Positions 12,679-23,975 of a stretch of DNA of 64,000 bases are shown here, piece after piece. Within the stretch, counting starts at the first letter, position 1; each line of letters starts with the position of its first letter. Origin of the DNA: an uncultured Gammaproteobacteria bacterium (GTDB lineage: Bacteria > Pseudomonadota > Gammaproteobacteria > CAWCPV01); NCBI GenBank assembly GCA_963797555.1, contig CAWCPV010000004.1:782184-846183 (forward strand), read 5' to 3'. Both the position numbers and the translations under genes were made by a program. The notes under the pieces are model-generated. The model searched no databases. It was not told the origin of the DNA and saw only the letters and a program-made list of their open reading frames with translations.

Positions 12679-13797
12679 ATGACGAACTTTGTGGCCGAAC
12701 ATCGCGCACGCAGCGCGCACCGCGTCAAGGTCTTCGCGATCGTAGTCACGAGCCTGTTGCTGGGGGCGGGGTGCGCGCGAGAAGAGAAAAAGCCCGAGGA
12801 CATTCGGCCGGTGAATGCCGCGCGGGTCATGGAGAACTCCGCCGCGGTCGTGTCGGACTATGCGGGCTACGTGGAGCCCCGCTACGAAATGCCCCTCGCT
12901 TTCCGTATTTCAGGCAAGCTCCTGGAGCGCGACGTGGACGTAGGCGCCTTGGTCAAGCGCGGACAGCTATTGGCACGGCTCGACACCGCCGACCAGGAAG
13001 CCAATGTCGCCTCCGCGCGAGCCCAGGTTCTCTCGGCGGAATCCGACTATGGTCAGGCCAAGGCTGACTACGAGCGCTTTCGGGAGTCGTTCGCAAAGAA
13101 GTTCATCAGCGCAACCGAATTCGATCGCTACAAGACTGCATACAGTGTCGCCGCGCAGCGCGTCGAGCAGGCCCGCGCTCAGCTCAAGCTGACCGAGAAC
13201 CAATCGGCGTATACGACGTTGACGGCCAACTACGACGGGGTTATCACCGCGACCAAGGCAGAGGCGGGCCAGGTGGTGTCCGTTGGAGAGACGGTCGTGA
13301 CGCTGGCGCGGCCGGAAGAGAAAGAGGTCGCGATCAGCATACCGGAGAACCGCCTGGGCGAACTCGGCGCGGCCACGGATATCCGGGTGAGCTTGTGGGT
13401 GAACCCCAGCCGGTACTATAAAGGGAAGCTTCGCGAAGTCTCGCCGATCGCGGACGACGTCACCAGGACCTACCCAGCGAAGGTCACCCTAGTCGACCCG
13501 GACGACGCGGTCAAGCTGGGTATGACTGCCACCGTGTTTCTCACCAGGCCGGCGCCGCCGCATGTTGTGCAGGTGCCGTTGACCGCGTTGTACGAGCGCG
13601 ATGCCCATCCTTTCGTCTGGGTGATCGACTCCCAGAAGGGGGTAGTCAAGCTCACTCCCGTCACTGTCGGCAAGTACCTCAAGGATGCGGTGACCATAAC
13701 CTCCGGGCTGCAGCCTGGGGAACTGGTGGTAAGTGCAGGCGTCGACAAGCTGATCGACGGACAGAAGGTGCGAGTGCTCCCCGAGGACTGGCGATGA
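12679..13797 (+). CDS. RND efflux periplasmic adaptor (membrane fusion protein)
   Basis: Lipoprotein-like LLGAGC, LAFRISGKL, GQLLARLD, GMTATV; stop overlaps the permease start (ATGA). Confidence 0.93.
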   Translation: MTNFVAEHRARSAHRVKVFAIVVTSLLLGAGCAREEKKPEDIRPVNAARVMENSAAVVSDYAGYVEPRYEMPLAFRISGKLLERDVDVGALVKRGQLLARLDTADQEANVASARAQVLSAESDYGQAKADYERFRESFAKKFISATEFDRYKTAYSVAAQRVEQARAQLKLTENQSAYTTLTANYDGVITATKAEAGQVVSVGETVVTLARPEEKEVAISIPENRLGELGAATDIRVSLWVNPSRYYKGKLREVSPIADDVTRTYPAKVTLVDPDDAVKLGMTATVFLTRPAPPHVVQVPLTALYERDAHPFVWVIDSQKGVVKLTPVTVGKYLKDAVTITSGLQPGELVVSAGVDKLIDGQKVRVLPEDWR

Positions 13798-16700
13798 AGC
13801 AGTTCAACCTCTCCGAGTGGGCGCTGGAGCACCAGTCGCTCGTCCTCTACTGCATGATCGCGCTATTTGCCGCTGGCATGTACGCCGTCCACGGTCTGGG
13901 TGAGGCGGAAGACCCGGACTTCACCTTCAAGCTGATGGTGGTGCAGACGATGTGGCCCGGCGCCACCACCACGCAGGTGGAGCAGGAGATCACGGACCGC
14001 ATCGAAAAGAAGCTGCAGGAGACGCCTTGGCTGGGATCTGTCCGTAGCTATTCCAAGCCTGGCGAGTCGACGATCTTCGTGGTGCTGAAAGAGGCCGCTC
14101 CACCGAAGGACGTGCCCGAAATCTGGTACCAAGTGCGCAAGGAGGTGGGGGACATCACGTCTACGTTGCCCGACGGCGTGCAGGGGCCGTACTTTAACGA
14201 CGAGTTCGGGGACACCTTTGGCAACGTATATGCCTTTACCGCCGATGGATTCTCCTACGCACAGCTTAAGGATTACGTGGAGGACGTGCGCAAGGAGATC
14301 CTGCGCGTCCCCGATGTCGCCAAGGCCGACCTCGTCGGAGTCCAGGAGGAGCGCATCTACGTCGAAGTGTCCCAAAAAAAGTTTGCCAACCTGGGGATCG
14401 ATCCGTACCACTTCTTCGACGATCTCAAGAACCAGAACGCGATGACGCCAGCGGGCCACTTTGACTCCCCGTTCGACCGCTTCTACGTTCGTGTCACGGG
14501 CGCCTTCGATTCCGTGGATAAGATTCGCGAGATCGGCATCCGGGCGAATGGGCATCTGTTCCGCCTCGGCGATATCGCCCGTGTTTACCGCGCCTACGTC
14601 GATCCGCCCGTATTCAAGATGCGTTACATGGGCCACGATGCGATCGGGCTCGCAGTGTCGATGACGAAGGGTGGCAACATCGTCGAGCTCGGCGAGAACC
14701 TCCGTAAGGCATTCGATGGCATCAAGGCGAACATGCCCCGCGGCATCGAGGTGTATCAGGTCTCGAATCAGCCCTTGGTGGTTCAACGCTCGGTCAATGA
14801 GTTCTTGGAGACGCTCTTAGCGGCGGTCGTGATCGTCCTCGCCGTCAGCTTCCTCAGCCTGGGATTGAGGACGGGGCTCGTGGTCGCGACCTCGATACCC
14901 CTCGTGCTGTGCGTGACTTTCCTACTGATGTGGCTTTACGGCATCGACCTGCAACGGATCTCCCTCGGCGCCCTGATCATCGCACTGGGGTTACTGGTCG
15001 ACGATGCCATCATCGCCGTGGAGATGATGGCCACCAAGATGGAGCAGGGCTGGGAGCGCAAGAAAGCGGCAAGCTTCGCCTACACGTCCACAGCATTTCC
15101 CATGCTCACAGGAACCTTGGTCACCATTTCAGGTTTTCTGCCGGTGGGCCTCGCAAGGTCTTCGGCTGGCGAGTTCACTTTTTCCCTCTTTGCCGTCGTG
15201 AGCATCGCGCTGCTGGTGTCATGGGTGGTCGCCGTTCTTTTCACGCCTTACATCGGCTACAAGATCCTTCCCGACTTCAAACCTAGGCCGGGGCACGACC
15301 ACAACGTCTACCAACGGCCGTTCTATAGGGGTTTTCGTCGCGTCGTGACCTGGTGCGTAACGCACCGCAAGCTGGTAATCCTCGTTACCGTAGGGGTCTT
15401 CGCGCTGGCGCTGTTCGCCTTTCGTTTCGTGCAGGACCAGTTTTTCCCCCCTTCCAATCGACCGGAGCTCATCATGGATTTGAGGCTTCCTGAAGGAGCC
15501 TCTTTCGCAGCGACGGAGCGCGAGGTCGAGCGAATGGAAGGATTGCTTAAAGGCGATCCCAACATCGTCAACTACGTAGCTTACGTCGGCGGCAACACGC
15601 CGCGCTTCTACCTGCCTCTCGACCAGCAACTCAATCAGATCAACATCGCTCAGATCGTCATTCTCGCCAAGGACAACAAGGCGCGGGAGGCAGTCAACGA
15701 TCGCCTGCAGAAAGTCCTCGCGGACCAGTTCACCGGCCTGCGCGGGCGCATCAACCGCCTCGAAAACGGACCGCCTGTGGGCTATCCCATACAGTTCCGG
15801 GTGAGCGGCAAGGATCCGAATCTGGTACGGCACTATGCTGAAGAAGTAGCCGCCGTGATGCGTCGGAATCCACATGCGCTGAATGTGAACCTCGACTGGA
15901 ATGAGCGCACCAAGGTGATCAAGCTGAACATCGATCAGAACAAAGCGAGGGCGATCGGGATCGACTCGCAGGATCTATCCGCCGTTTTGAACGCGATCCT
16001 CGTCGGCTATGACATCACGGAGTACCGGGAAAAGGACAAGCTGATAAAGGTCGTGGCGCGCGCGCCAGCCAACGAGCGCGTCGATGTTGCGGACTTGGGC
16101 GATATCACAGTGCCCACGTCAAGCGGGAAGTACATTCCTCTGGCTCAAATTGCGAAGCCTTCGTACGAGTTCGAAGACGGCATCATTTGGCGGCGTCAAC
16201 GACTGCCGACCATCACGGTCCGTTCCGACATCTTCGGAGACATCCAGGCGCCTGTGGTCACGGCGCAGATCAATCCGGAGTTGGACCCCATCCGGGCCAA
16301 GCTCCCCGAGGGCTATTACATCGAGGTGGGAGGCGCCACCGAGGACAGCGCCAAGGCCGGGGCGTCCATCGCCGCCGTCATGCCGCTGATGGTGTTGGCG
16401 ATCATCACCGTGCTGATGATTCAGCTTCAGAGCTTGCAGCGGACGTTCCTGGTGCTGTTGACTGCTCCCCTCGGTCTGATCGGCGTGGTGGCGGTCCTGC
16501 TTGTGTGGAACGTTGCCTTCGGCTTTGTCTCCACACTCGGGGTAATCGCCCTGGCTGGCATGATCATGCGCAACGCGGTCATCTTGATCGATCAGATTGA
16601 ACAGGACCACAAGAGCGGGCACTCGCACTGGGACGCCGTGGTCGAGGCGACCGTGAGGCGTTTTCGACCAATTATGCTCACCGCCGCTGCCGCGGTCCTG

Positions 16701-16859
16701 GCTATGATCCCATTGACGCGCAGCAACTTCTGGGGACCCATGGCGGTCGCTATCATGGGCGGGCTGCTCGTAGCCACGGTACTCACGTTGCTCTTTCTGC
16801 CCGCACTCTACTCGGCTTGGTTCCGGATTAAGAGGCCCGAGGCGCAGAGTGGCCAGTGA
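13794..16859 (+). CDS. RND efflux permease (AcrB/AcrD/AcrF family)
   Basis: 1021 aa; FNLSEWAL, GLLVDDAII, RFRPIMLT motifs. Confidence 0.96.
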   Translation: MKQFNLSEWALEHQSLVLYCMIALFAAGMYAVHGLGEAEDPDFTFKLMVVQTMWPGATTTQVEQEITDRIEKKLQETPWLGSVRSYSKPGESTIFVVLKEAAPPKDVPEIWYQVRKEVGDITSTLPDGVQGPYFNDEFGDTFGNVYAFTADGFSYAQLKDYVEDVRKEILRVPDVAKADLVGVQEERIYVEVSQKKFANLGIDPYHFFDDLKNQNAMTPAGHFDSPFDRFYVRVTGAFDSVDKIREIGIRANGHLFRLGDIARVYRAYVDPPVFKMRYMGHDAIGLAVSMTKGGNIVELGENLRKAFDGIKANMPRGIEVYQVSNQPLVVQRSVNEFLETLLAAVVIVLAVSFLSLGLRTGLVVATSIPLVLCVTFLLMWLYGIDLQRISLGALIIALGLLVDDAIIAVEMMATKMEQGWERKKAASFAYTSTAFPMLTGTLVTISGFLPVGLARSSAGEFTFSLFAVVSIALLVSWVVAVLFTPYIGYKILPDFKPRPGHDHNVYQRPFYRGFRRVVTWCVTHRKLVILVTVGVFALALFAFRFVQDQFFPPSNRPELIMDLRLPEGASFAATEREVERMEGLLKGDPNIVNYVAYVGGNTPRFYLPLDQQLNQINIAQIVILAKDNKAREAVNDRLQKVLADQFTGLRGRINRLENGPPVGYPIQFRVSGKDPNLVRHYAEEVAAVMRRNPHALNVNLDWNERTKVIKLNIDQNKARAIGIDSQDLSAVLNAILVGYDITEYREKDKLIKVVARAPANERVDVADLGDITVPTSSGKYIPLAQIAKPSYEFEDGIIWRRQRLPTITVRSDIFGDIQAPVVTAQINPELDPIRAKLPEGYYIEVGGATEDSAKAGASIAAVMPLMVLAIITVLMIQLQSLQRTFLVLLTAPLGLIGVVAVLLVWNVAFGFVSTLGVIALAGMIMRNAVILIDQIEQDHKSGHSHWDAVVEATVRRFRPIMLTAAAAVLAMIPLTRSNFWGPMAVAIMGGLLVATVLTLLFLPALYSAWFRIKRPEAQSGQ

Positions 16860-16983
16860 GAAGGGCGTGCACACTCCGATTATGAGCGGCCGATGCTCTC
16901 GGCAAGGTTCCACGAATGCTTCTAGCGGGCGTGTCCAGGGCCAACCCTCGGAGACGCGGCTCACCACGGTGGAATCCACCCAA

Positions 16984-18633
16984 ATCGAGCCGACCGGGGT
17001 AGCGGTGGGTAAATAGGGAGGTGGAGGTTTGGCTAGTTGTTCATGACTCTCCACTATTGTTCATTGCCTCACTCGAGGAGACGGGACCATGACAGAAGAG
17101 AGAGCTTCAGGGGTGATGTCAGATACCGTAGTGCGTTTGTTTGGCAGGGGTGAGGCGTTTGACTCCGAAGGGTTCATCGGTTTTTTCACCGACAAGCCGA
17201 TGTACCAGTTTGGTAATGGCGAGCCCTGCTTGAACAAAGCGGCCATCAAGGCTTCGGTGGACAACTTTTTCGGTAGTGTGGCGGCGCTCTATCACGACAT
17301 CAGGAACCTGTGGGAAGTAGGGGATGTGGTGTTTGTCGAGATGGACGTGACGTATTGGCGCAAAGACGGGACGTCCATCACCTTGCCTTGCTGCGATATC
17401 TTCCGGTTCTCGGGCGACCAAGTGGCGGAGCTGCGTATCTTCATGGATGCGAATCCTGTGTTTGACAAGTCCATGGTGGTGTCCGCCTCTGCGTCGGTGA
17501 TGACGGTGAGCGAAGGCAAGCGGGTGACGCCGCCCGGGACGATGAGGAAGTATTTTGCTGAGCATCCGGAGGGGATCGCCAGGGCGACCCACGGCTTCCC
17601 CCCCAAGTGGTCTATCGCAGGACCGAAATGGCCGATAGTCTCCAAGCTGGATCGAGTGAGGGCTATGGAAGGCGCGGCATGGTCGGGGAACTGGGAATTG
17701 TTCAAGACGTTCCTAGCCGAAGATGCCTCCATGGCAGTCGGGAATCGTGGCGTAGTGCGGACCCCGCAAGGCATCGCAGACTGGTTAAAACTCCATCTCG
17801 CGACGGAGCTGACCGTGACCGATGCCAAGTTTTTAGGATTCTGGGAGACTCCAAACGAAGTGATTGCAGAAATGCATATGCGAGGATTTCGATTCGCCGA
17901 TAATCAGAATGTAACGTTTCCTTGCCTCGACATTTACGGATTTCAGGGTGACAAGGTTCGCGATTGGCGAGTCTATGCGATCGAGCCGACCGGGGTAGCG
18001 GTGGGTAAATAGGGAGGTGGAGGTTTGGCTAGTTGTTCATGACTCTCCACTATTGTTCATTGCCTCACTCGAGGAGACGGGACCATGACAGAAGAGAGAG
18101 CTTCAGGGGTGATGTCAGATACCGTAGTGCGTTTGTTTGGCAGGGGTGAGGCGTTTGACTCCGAAGGGTTCATCGGTTTTTTCACCGACAAGCCGATGTA
18201 CCAGTTTGGTAATGGCGAGCCCTGCTTGAACAAAGCGGCCATCAAGGCTTCGGTGGACAACTTTTTCGGTAGTGTGGCGGCGCTCTATCACGACATCAGG
18301 AACCTGTGGGAAGTAGGGGATGTGGTGTTTGTCGAGATGGACGTGACGTATTGGCGCAAAGACGGGACGTCCATCACCTTGCCTTGCTGCGATATCTTCC
18401 GGTTCTCGGGCGACCAAGTGGCGGAGCTGCGTATCTTCATGGATGCGAATCCTGTGTTTGACAAGTCCATGGTGGTGTCCGCCTCTGCGTCGGTGATGAC
18501 GGTGAGCGAAGGCAAGCGGGTGACGCCGCCCGGGACGATGAGGAAGTATTTTGCTGAGCATCCGGAGGGGATCGCCAGGGCGACCCACGGCTTCCCCCCC
18601 AAGTGGTCTATCGCAGGACCGAAATGGCCGATA
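16984..18633 (+). repeat. 654-bp identical direct repeat (16984-17637 and 17980-18633; 996-bp offset)
   Basis: Both copies run from ATCGAGCCGACCGGGGTAGCG to GAAATGGCCGATA; identical translations in the ORF track. Confidence 0.95.
17089..18012 (+). CDS. Tandem SnoaL/NTF2-like domain protein, copy 1
   Basis: Two NTF2-like domains (VFVEMDVTYWRKDG..PCCDIFRF..ELRIFMD and FPCLDIYGFQGDKVRDWRVY); GAGGAG RBS. Confidence 0.8.
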   Translation: MTEERASGVMSDTVVRLFGRGEAFDSEGFIGFFTDKPMYQFGNGEPCLNKAAIKASVDNFFGSVAALYHDIRNLWEVGDVVFVEMDVTYWRKDGTSITLPCCDIFRFSGDQVAELRIFMDANPVFDKSMVVSASASVMTVSEGKRVTPPGTMRKYFAEHPEGIARATHGFPPKWSIAGPKWPIVSKLDRVRAMEGAAWSGNWELFKTFLAEDASMAVGNRGVVRTPQGIADWLKLHLATELTVTDAKFLGFWETPNEVIAEMHMRGFRFADNQNVTFPCLDIYGFQGDKVRDWRVYAIEPTGVAVGK

Positions 18634-19026
18634 ACCGTGCCCAAAGCAGTTATTGTCGATGCGTTTGAGGCAGCCATACGTGTAGGAAATTCGGAGTTGT
18701 TCAAGTCATATTTAACGGAAGATGCCTTACTGCAGATTGGCAACCGGGCCGAGGTGACTGGCCCTCAGCCTATTTGGGATTACCTGATGAAACTCTTCTC
18801 GTCCCGACTGCTAATATCCGGTATGACCGCAAAAGCTACTTGGGAGATCGAGAATCTCTACATCATGGAAATGGATGTAAAGGGGGCTCGTGTGCGCGAC
18901 GGCAAACCTGTCGAGTATCCCTGCGTTGAGACTTATCGCTTTCGGGACAACAAGCTCAGTGAATGGCGGATATACCCGCTGGAGCCAGAATTACTCGCAG
19001 ACGAATCTCTGATATCCAAGGCATGA
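18085..19026 (+). CDS. Tandem SnoaL/NTF2-like domain protein, copy 2 (same N-terminus, different C-domain)
   Basis: First 183 aa identical to copy 1; C-domain YPCVETYRFRDNKLSEWRIY. Confidence 0.8.
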   Translation: MTEERASGVMSDTVVRLFGRGEAFDSEGFIGFFTDKPMYQFGNGEPCLNKAAIKASVDNFFGSVAALYHDIRNLWEVGDVVFVEMDVTYWRKDGTSITLPCCDIFRFSGDQVAELRIFMDANPVFDKSMVVSASASVMTVSEGKRVTPPGTMRKYFAEHPEGIARATHGFPPKWSIAGPKWPITVPKAVIVDAFEAAIRVGNSELFKSYLTEDALLQIGNRAEVTGPQPIWDYLMKLFSSRLLISGMTAKATWEIENLYIMEMDVKGARVRDGKPVEYPCVETYRFRDNKLSEWRIYPLEPELLADESLISKA

Positions 19027-19346
19027 TGATGTATGTATAGCTTGCGCAACTGACCGCTTAAAGCGGATGGAGTTGTTGCGCGCCTCGGCACGGTGGCCTG
19101 GTACCAGGGGTAATCCCCCGCGACAGCGCCGTCGAGGCTGTCGCAACGAAGCAACGCAAGGGCGGACGGCGTGGAAGCGAGCGTGGGCTATCACCGACGA
19201 AGTCTCGCCGAAACCGTCATCCGCAACGTCCTTTCCGCCCGGCATTTCCTTCGAAACGGCCGCTCCACCGCCAATGGTCCGGAGGTCATCCATAAAGCGG
19301 CCGACTTTCTTGTGCGTCGGCATTGACGCCGCGGTGTGAGGGTACC

Positions 19347-20045
19347 ATGATCGAAACGTCTACCCAGGTGCTGCGAGTGCGGGAGGAGACGCCAAGCGTT
19401 CGCTCAATTCTGCTCGCGAAGCCTGACGGGCTCTGGTTCGAAGTGAGTCAGGCCATGATGCTGACGCTCGCGAGCCCTGCCGGGATGGTCCGCCGTCCCT
19501 TCTCCATCGCAAGCGCGCCAGGACGTAATTACCTCGAGTTTGCGGCGCGTCGTTCGGAGAGCGACTTCAAACGCGCGTTCTTCGCGCTCCATCCCGGCGA
19601 CCACGTGGGTCTCCGCGGCCCGCGCGGAGAGTTTTTTCTCGAGCGTCACCGCCCAGCAGTGCTCATTGCGGGCGGAATCGGCATCACGCCGCTGAAGAGC
19701 ATGATCGAGTATGCGACGGACGAGGCGCTCTCGACGCAGCTCGTGCTCGTGTACGGCAATCGCTCTCCCGAGGAGATCGTCTTCCGCGATGACCTTGACG
19801 CCCTCGCAGAGGCGAATGCCGGCCTGCGTGTAGTTCACACCGTGACGGAGCCATCGCCGGATTGGTCGGGACGGGTGGGGCGCATCGACCCGGCTCTGCT
19901 CGGCCAAGTCGCCCGCGACGTGCCAACGGCTTTTCATTACATTGCAGGACCGCCGCGCTTTGTGCAGGCCATTTACGCGATGCTCGCGTCGCTCGACGTG
20001 CCCATCGCAGATATCCGGATCGAGATGTTCCGGGGCTACGAGTGA
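19347..20045 (+). CDS. FAD/NAD(P)-binding oxidoreductase (ferredoxin reductase-like)
   Basis: RPFSIAS, GPRGEF, LIAGGIGITP, YGNR, AGPP motifs. Confidence 0.9.
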   Translation: MIETSTQVLRVREETPSVRSILLAKPDGLWFEVSQAMMLTLASPAGMVRRPFSIASAPGRNYLEFAARRSESDFKRAFFALHPGDHVGLRGPRGEFFLERHRPAVLIAGGIGITPLKSMIEYATDEALSTQLVLVYGNRSPEEIVFRDDLDALAEANAGLRVVHTVTEPSPDWSGRVGRIDPALLGQVARDVPTAFHYIAGPPRFVQAIYAMLASLDVPIADIRIEMFRGYE

Positions 20046-20612
20046 ACCCTGTGGCACATCGCACCGAATGGCTGCCATGCTACCGTCCTCGGCGAGATCT
20101 TCACTCGACACCGTCTCCCCATCTAAAGCAAGCGGCATGACAGGGTGCATACGTGAGACATGGCAGTAAAGCCGGATAGACCCGACCGTTTGCAAAGGTG
20201 GTCGAGGCCGACGACCGCGGCAATGTGAAATCACTTTCAAGTAAGGTAGGTCGTATGCGCGTGGGGGGGGTGTAGCATCTCTCAAGACCTCTGGGGCTTG
20301 ACTGGAGTCCGTTCGCGGCTGGGGGGCGCACAAGGGGGCAGTGCGTGCTACAGTATCTGTCGCGGGTTGCGACCCCTCCTGAAGGAGCTGATGGAGGACT
20401 CTAAGTCAGAACGCGTCCGGCTGCTTGTCTGGGTGTCTTTGGAGCTGAGCGGACTGACCACACCCGACACGGACAAGCTCTTGTCGATGATGATGGCCGG
20501 CAAACATAGCTGGCTACAGTACCCGCTGGCCTTCGCGGCGCTGGGGCCGGTACGAGGCTGTGGGTTAGTGCGCGCATAGACTTTGGATGACGGCGTTTTG
20601 AGGAGTACCTAC

Positions 20613-20948
20613 ATGGGAAAGAAGTTATACGTCGGGAACTTGGGTTACGGCATTCGCAGCAGTGACCTGGAACAGCTATTCGCAGCTCATGGCACCGTTC
20701 GCTCTGCCGAGGTAATCACGGATCGCACCACCGGGCAATCCAAAGGGTTCGGCTTCGTTGAGATGAGCAGCGACCAGGAAGCAAAAGCGGCCATCGCCGC
20801 CCTCAACGGCAAGGATATGGGCGGTCGGGCGGTAACGGTCAATGAGGCCCGTCCCAAGGAAGAAGGTGGCGGTCGTGGCCACGGTGGTTATGGCCGGGGT
20901 GGAGGCGGCAGAGGCGGGGGCTATGGAGGCGGAGGACGCCGGTACTAG
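20613..20948 (+). CDS. RRM RNA-binding protein with Gly-rich tail
   Basis: RNP2 LYVGNL, RNP1 KGFGFVEM, VNEARP, GGRGGG tail. Confidence 0.95.
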   Translation: MGKKLYVGNLGYGIRSSDLEQLFAAHGTVRSAEVITDRTTGQSKGFGFVEMSSDQEAKAAIAALNGKDMGGRAVTVNEARPKEEGGGRGHGGYGRGGGGRGGGYGGGGRRY

Positions 20949-21086
20949 CAAGCGCGCGATTCGCTGACGCGTGGGCCGCCATGAACTCCTGTCCCGGAAG
21001 CGCGGTAGCGGTCAAGGTCAGTCAGAGGCTGGCGGGAGGCTCCTAGTGGCCCGCAGACCGCCTACAAGCCTCGCCAGAGGGGGGGA

Positions 21087-21176
21087 ATAGGAAGGGATGG
21101 CCCTCTGGGCCGTGTTGGACTGCCGCAGAGAAGGTAAGGGGTAAGTGAAAGCAAGTGAAATCAATTTCACTAGGGC
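21087..21176. repeat. 90-bp imperfect dispersed repeat, copy 1, containing palindrome AGTGAAAT-CA-ATTTCACT
   Basis: Matches 23976-24065; partial third copy at 20225-20265. Confidence 0.85.
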
Positions 21177-22217
21177 TGATAGGTCGTGCGCGTGGAGTGT
21201 GGCGCCGTATCCCCCAGAAGGTCATCGAGACCCGCTAACGAGGTCCTGAAAAGGAGGGTATCACCCTATGGATGTCCATTGGGGGTGTGACACTTCAGTC
21301 GCGGGGCGAGCATGCCACAAAAGGATAAGTGTGAGCTTTGCGCCCTGAAAGTGATCTTCGACCAAGACGCGGTTAGGGGCGGTACCGGGAAGACCGAAAA
21401 CTATATGGCACTGTTACGCGAATTGCAGGAGCAAGGAGATAAAATGTCCCAGATTTCATCCTGAACATGGGTCTCACGGTCCCTGAAGCGCTCTCCCTGA
21501 ATGTTGCCAGGAGCACAGACAAGCTAACTGCGGGTCTCTACCGAATGACCTGGGTGATTCTTTGTCTCACAGTTTTGGCCGTCGTAGTCGCAGTGATTTC
21601 GGTAGTACGGTAGCAAGTCGGATAGAACGCTAAAGGGTGAGAACGCCAGCAGCTTAGACAGGGTAGCAAGTGGTTCGTTTAGCGAGGGCCATGGTAAGCC
21701 TCACAGGTCCTCCGGGCAGGCGTTGGCACGCTACATACCGCTACTGTGCGAATCGGTGCCACCCATTTAGCGGCCCAGGCGTGGTTCGTTGGGCGGGGTA
21801 TTGCTTTCCGATGTCAATGGTCCCCACAAAAGAAACGTGTCAACTAAGTGTTCTACGTTGTATCTCTTCGCGATGACCGACATTTTATCGACGTAGTTCA
21901 TAGCGCTTTCTTCGTCACGGACTTGAGCTTCTAATTTAACCAGTTCGGCCAGTTCGTTTTTGGATGCGAAACCTTGAATACGGAATAAGAATCTATTGAC
22001 TTCGTGTGCGAAACGGCTTCGAAAAACAAACTAACGGTCGCCATGCAAATGTCATCCAAATGAACCAGACCGTGCCGGCGACCCATATCGCGGATGAAGA
22101 TATCCGATAAAAGTCAAGGCGGGAACGAATGACAAGAAGCTCGTTGTTGATTGTGTCGGATGCATTTCTTTGCTTTGCTGTTTTGGGTGACCCACATCGA
22201 ACGAGCTAACGAACTGC

Positions 22218-23570
22218 TTGTTAGAATTGACGAACCTGATGCTGTTCCGCCAGGCGTTGGGGCTGGAGCGGGTACCCTCGCCAGAAACGCTGAGGCAGCG
22301 TCTTGACGAGCACGCAGCGGTCCTGCGGGAGGTCATTGACGAGGCCGATATCGAGTTCATGGTCAACGCCAAGGCACCGGTCAGTGCGCTCAAGACCGGT
22401 CATGTGCCGGTGGACATCGATGTCTTTCCCATGGACAACTCCGGGACCAAGCAAGAAGGGGTCTCGCGCACCTACCACGGCTATGACGGTTATGCGCCGA
22501 TCGCGACCTATGTGGGAACCGAAGGGTGGTGCGTCGGCTGTGAGCTGCGAGAAGGCAAGCAGCACAGTCAGAAGGAATTCGGCTACGTCTGGGAGCGCAT
22601 CCTGCCGCGGGCCAGGCGCCTGACCAAACTGCCGCTGCTGGTGCGCCAGGACAGCGCCCACGACGCCTTGGAGAACCGGCTGCGCTACCTCGAAGAGGAG
22701 GTGGACTTCATTATCCAGTGGAACCCTCGGGGCGAGGACCCTGCCCATTGGCTGGAGCGCGCCGAGCGCCAAGGGGCATGGGAGACACCCCGACCCCGGC
22801 AAGCGCGTGGCGCTGTTCAGCGTCGTCGAGGAGCACCCCCATCGGGAGCACACCTACCACGTTCGCCGGGTGATGCGGGTGACCGAGCGCACCATCGACA
22901 AGAAGGGCCAGGCGCTGTTGGTACCGGAGCTGGAGCTCGATGGCTGGTGGACCTCGCTCGCCTATCCGGACGCGGAGATCGTCGCCCTGTACCGTGACCA
23001 CGGCACCTCCGAGCAGTTCCACAGCGAGTTCAAGACCGACCTCGATATCGAACGGCTGCCCTCCGGGAAATTCGACACCAATGACCTGGTGCTCGCCTTT
23101 GCCGTGTTCGCCTACAACATCCTGCGCTTCATCGGGCTCATCGGGCTGACCGGCGAGTCGGCTCCCCTGCGCCATCCGGCCAAGCGCCGGCGGATCAAGA
23201 CCGTCCTCCAGGAACTGATGTACCTCGCCGCCCGGTTGGTCGCCACCGCCCGCAGACTGAAGCTGCGCTTCAGCCGGCTCTGTCCCGGCTTCCGCGCCTT
23301 CGAGCAGCTGTATTACCAACTCGCCTTCGGGTAGCTAGGACGACCTCCATAGAAACTCGACCCGGGCCTCACCAGACCCCGGTGTAAACCTACGCCCGAA
23401 ATTCAGCGTCCAAGCCTCAAAGCCCCGCCGTCACTCCTGCGCCGACGAGGGTCTACGCCCGCTGTACATAGCCGGCGTCACCGGTTGGCTAAAAACTAAC
23501 CAACTCAACTGAGAATAGCTCCCATTCTCTCGCGCCCCGGGCGCTCGGAGATTCAAGTCACGGATCCAGG
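22218..23570 (+). mobile_element. IS1380-family element, 5'-truncated; transposase 22218-23334 frameshifted at ~22800
   Basis: PSPETLRQR, DIDVFPMDNS, RQDSAHD, YRDHGTSEQFHSEFKTDLDIERLPSGKF; terminal TCAAGTCACGGATCCAGG resembles an IS1380-type right end. Confidence 0.88.
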
Positions 23571-23975
23571 ACTCTTTAACCACATCAATCGTGCTCGTTC
23601 AGTCTGACGAAGTCTTGAAAGATCACTCATGACAGTACCCGCTTGACCAACCCATTGTAACCCTTTCCAATTAAGCGTAGCAGGCTTTGTCTAGCGGTCA
23701 ACCAAGGGAGCGCTCTGGGGTGTCTGTGCGTTGGGAAGGGTTCAGTGGGAGGGGTAAAGGCAGATCTCGGCTCCTGGGGCTTCTCAGAGCGTCTAAGCGC
23801 ATGGACTACGCGAGAAGGAGCGTGACGAACGAGAGTGACCGAGGCAGAGGGGGGATTCTATGGCTTGGGGAAGGAAGCCCCAGCCCGACTTTCTCAACTG
23901 GAGGGGTTAACGGTCGGGAGAGGCGCATAAAAAACTCCTGCCCCGGACGCAGGAAGCCCGCAAAGGCACCGGGCC

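Noticed and set aside
21404-22215. AT-rich gene remnants (a small TM peptide on +, a helical fragment on -)
   Set aside because: Broken frames and no family assignment; too weak to call
22790-22810. Programmed frameshift in the IS1380 transposase
   Set aside because: IS1380 transposases are single ORFs; the shift lies in C-runs typical of read errors
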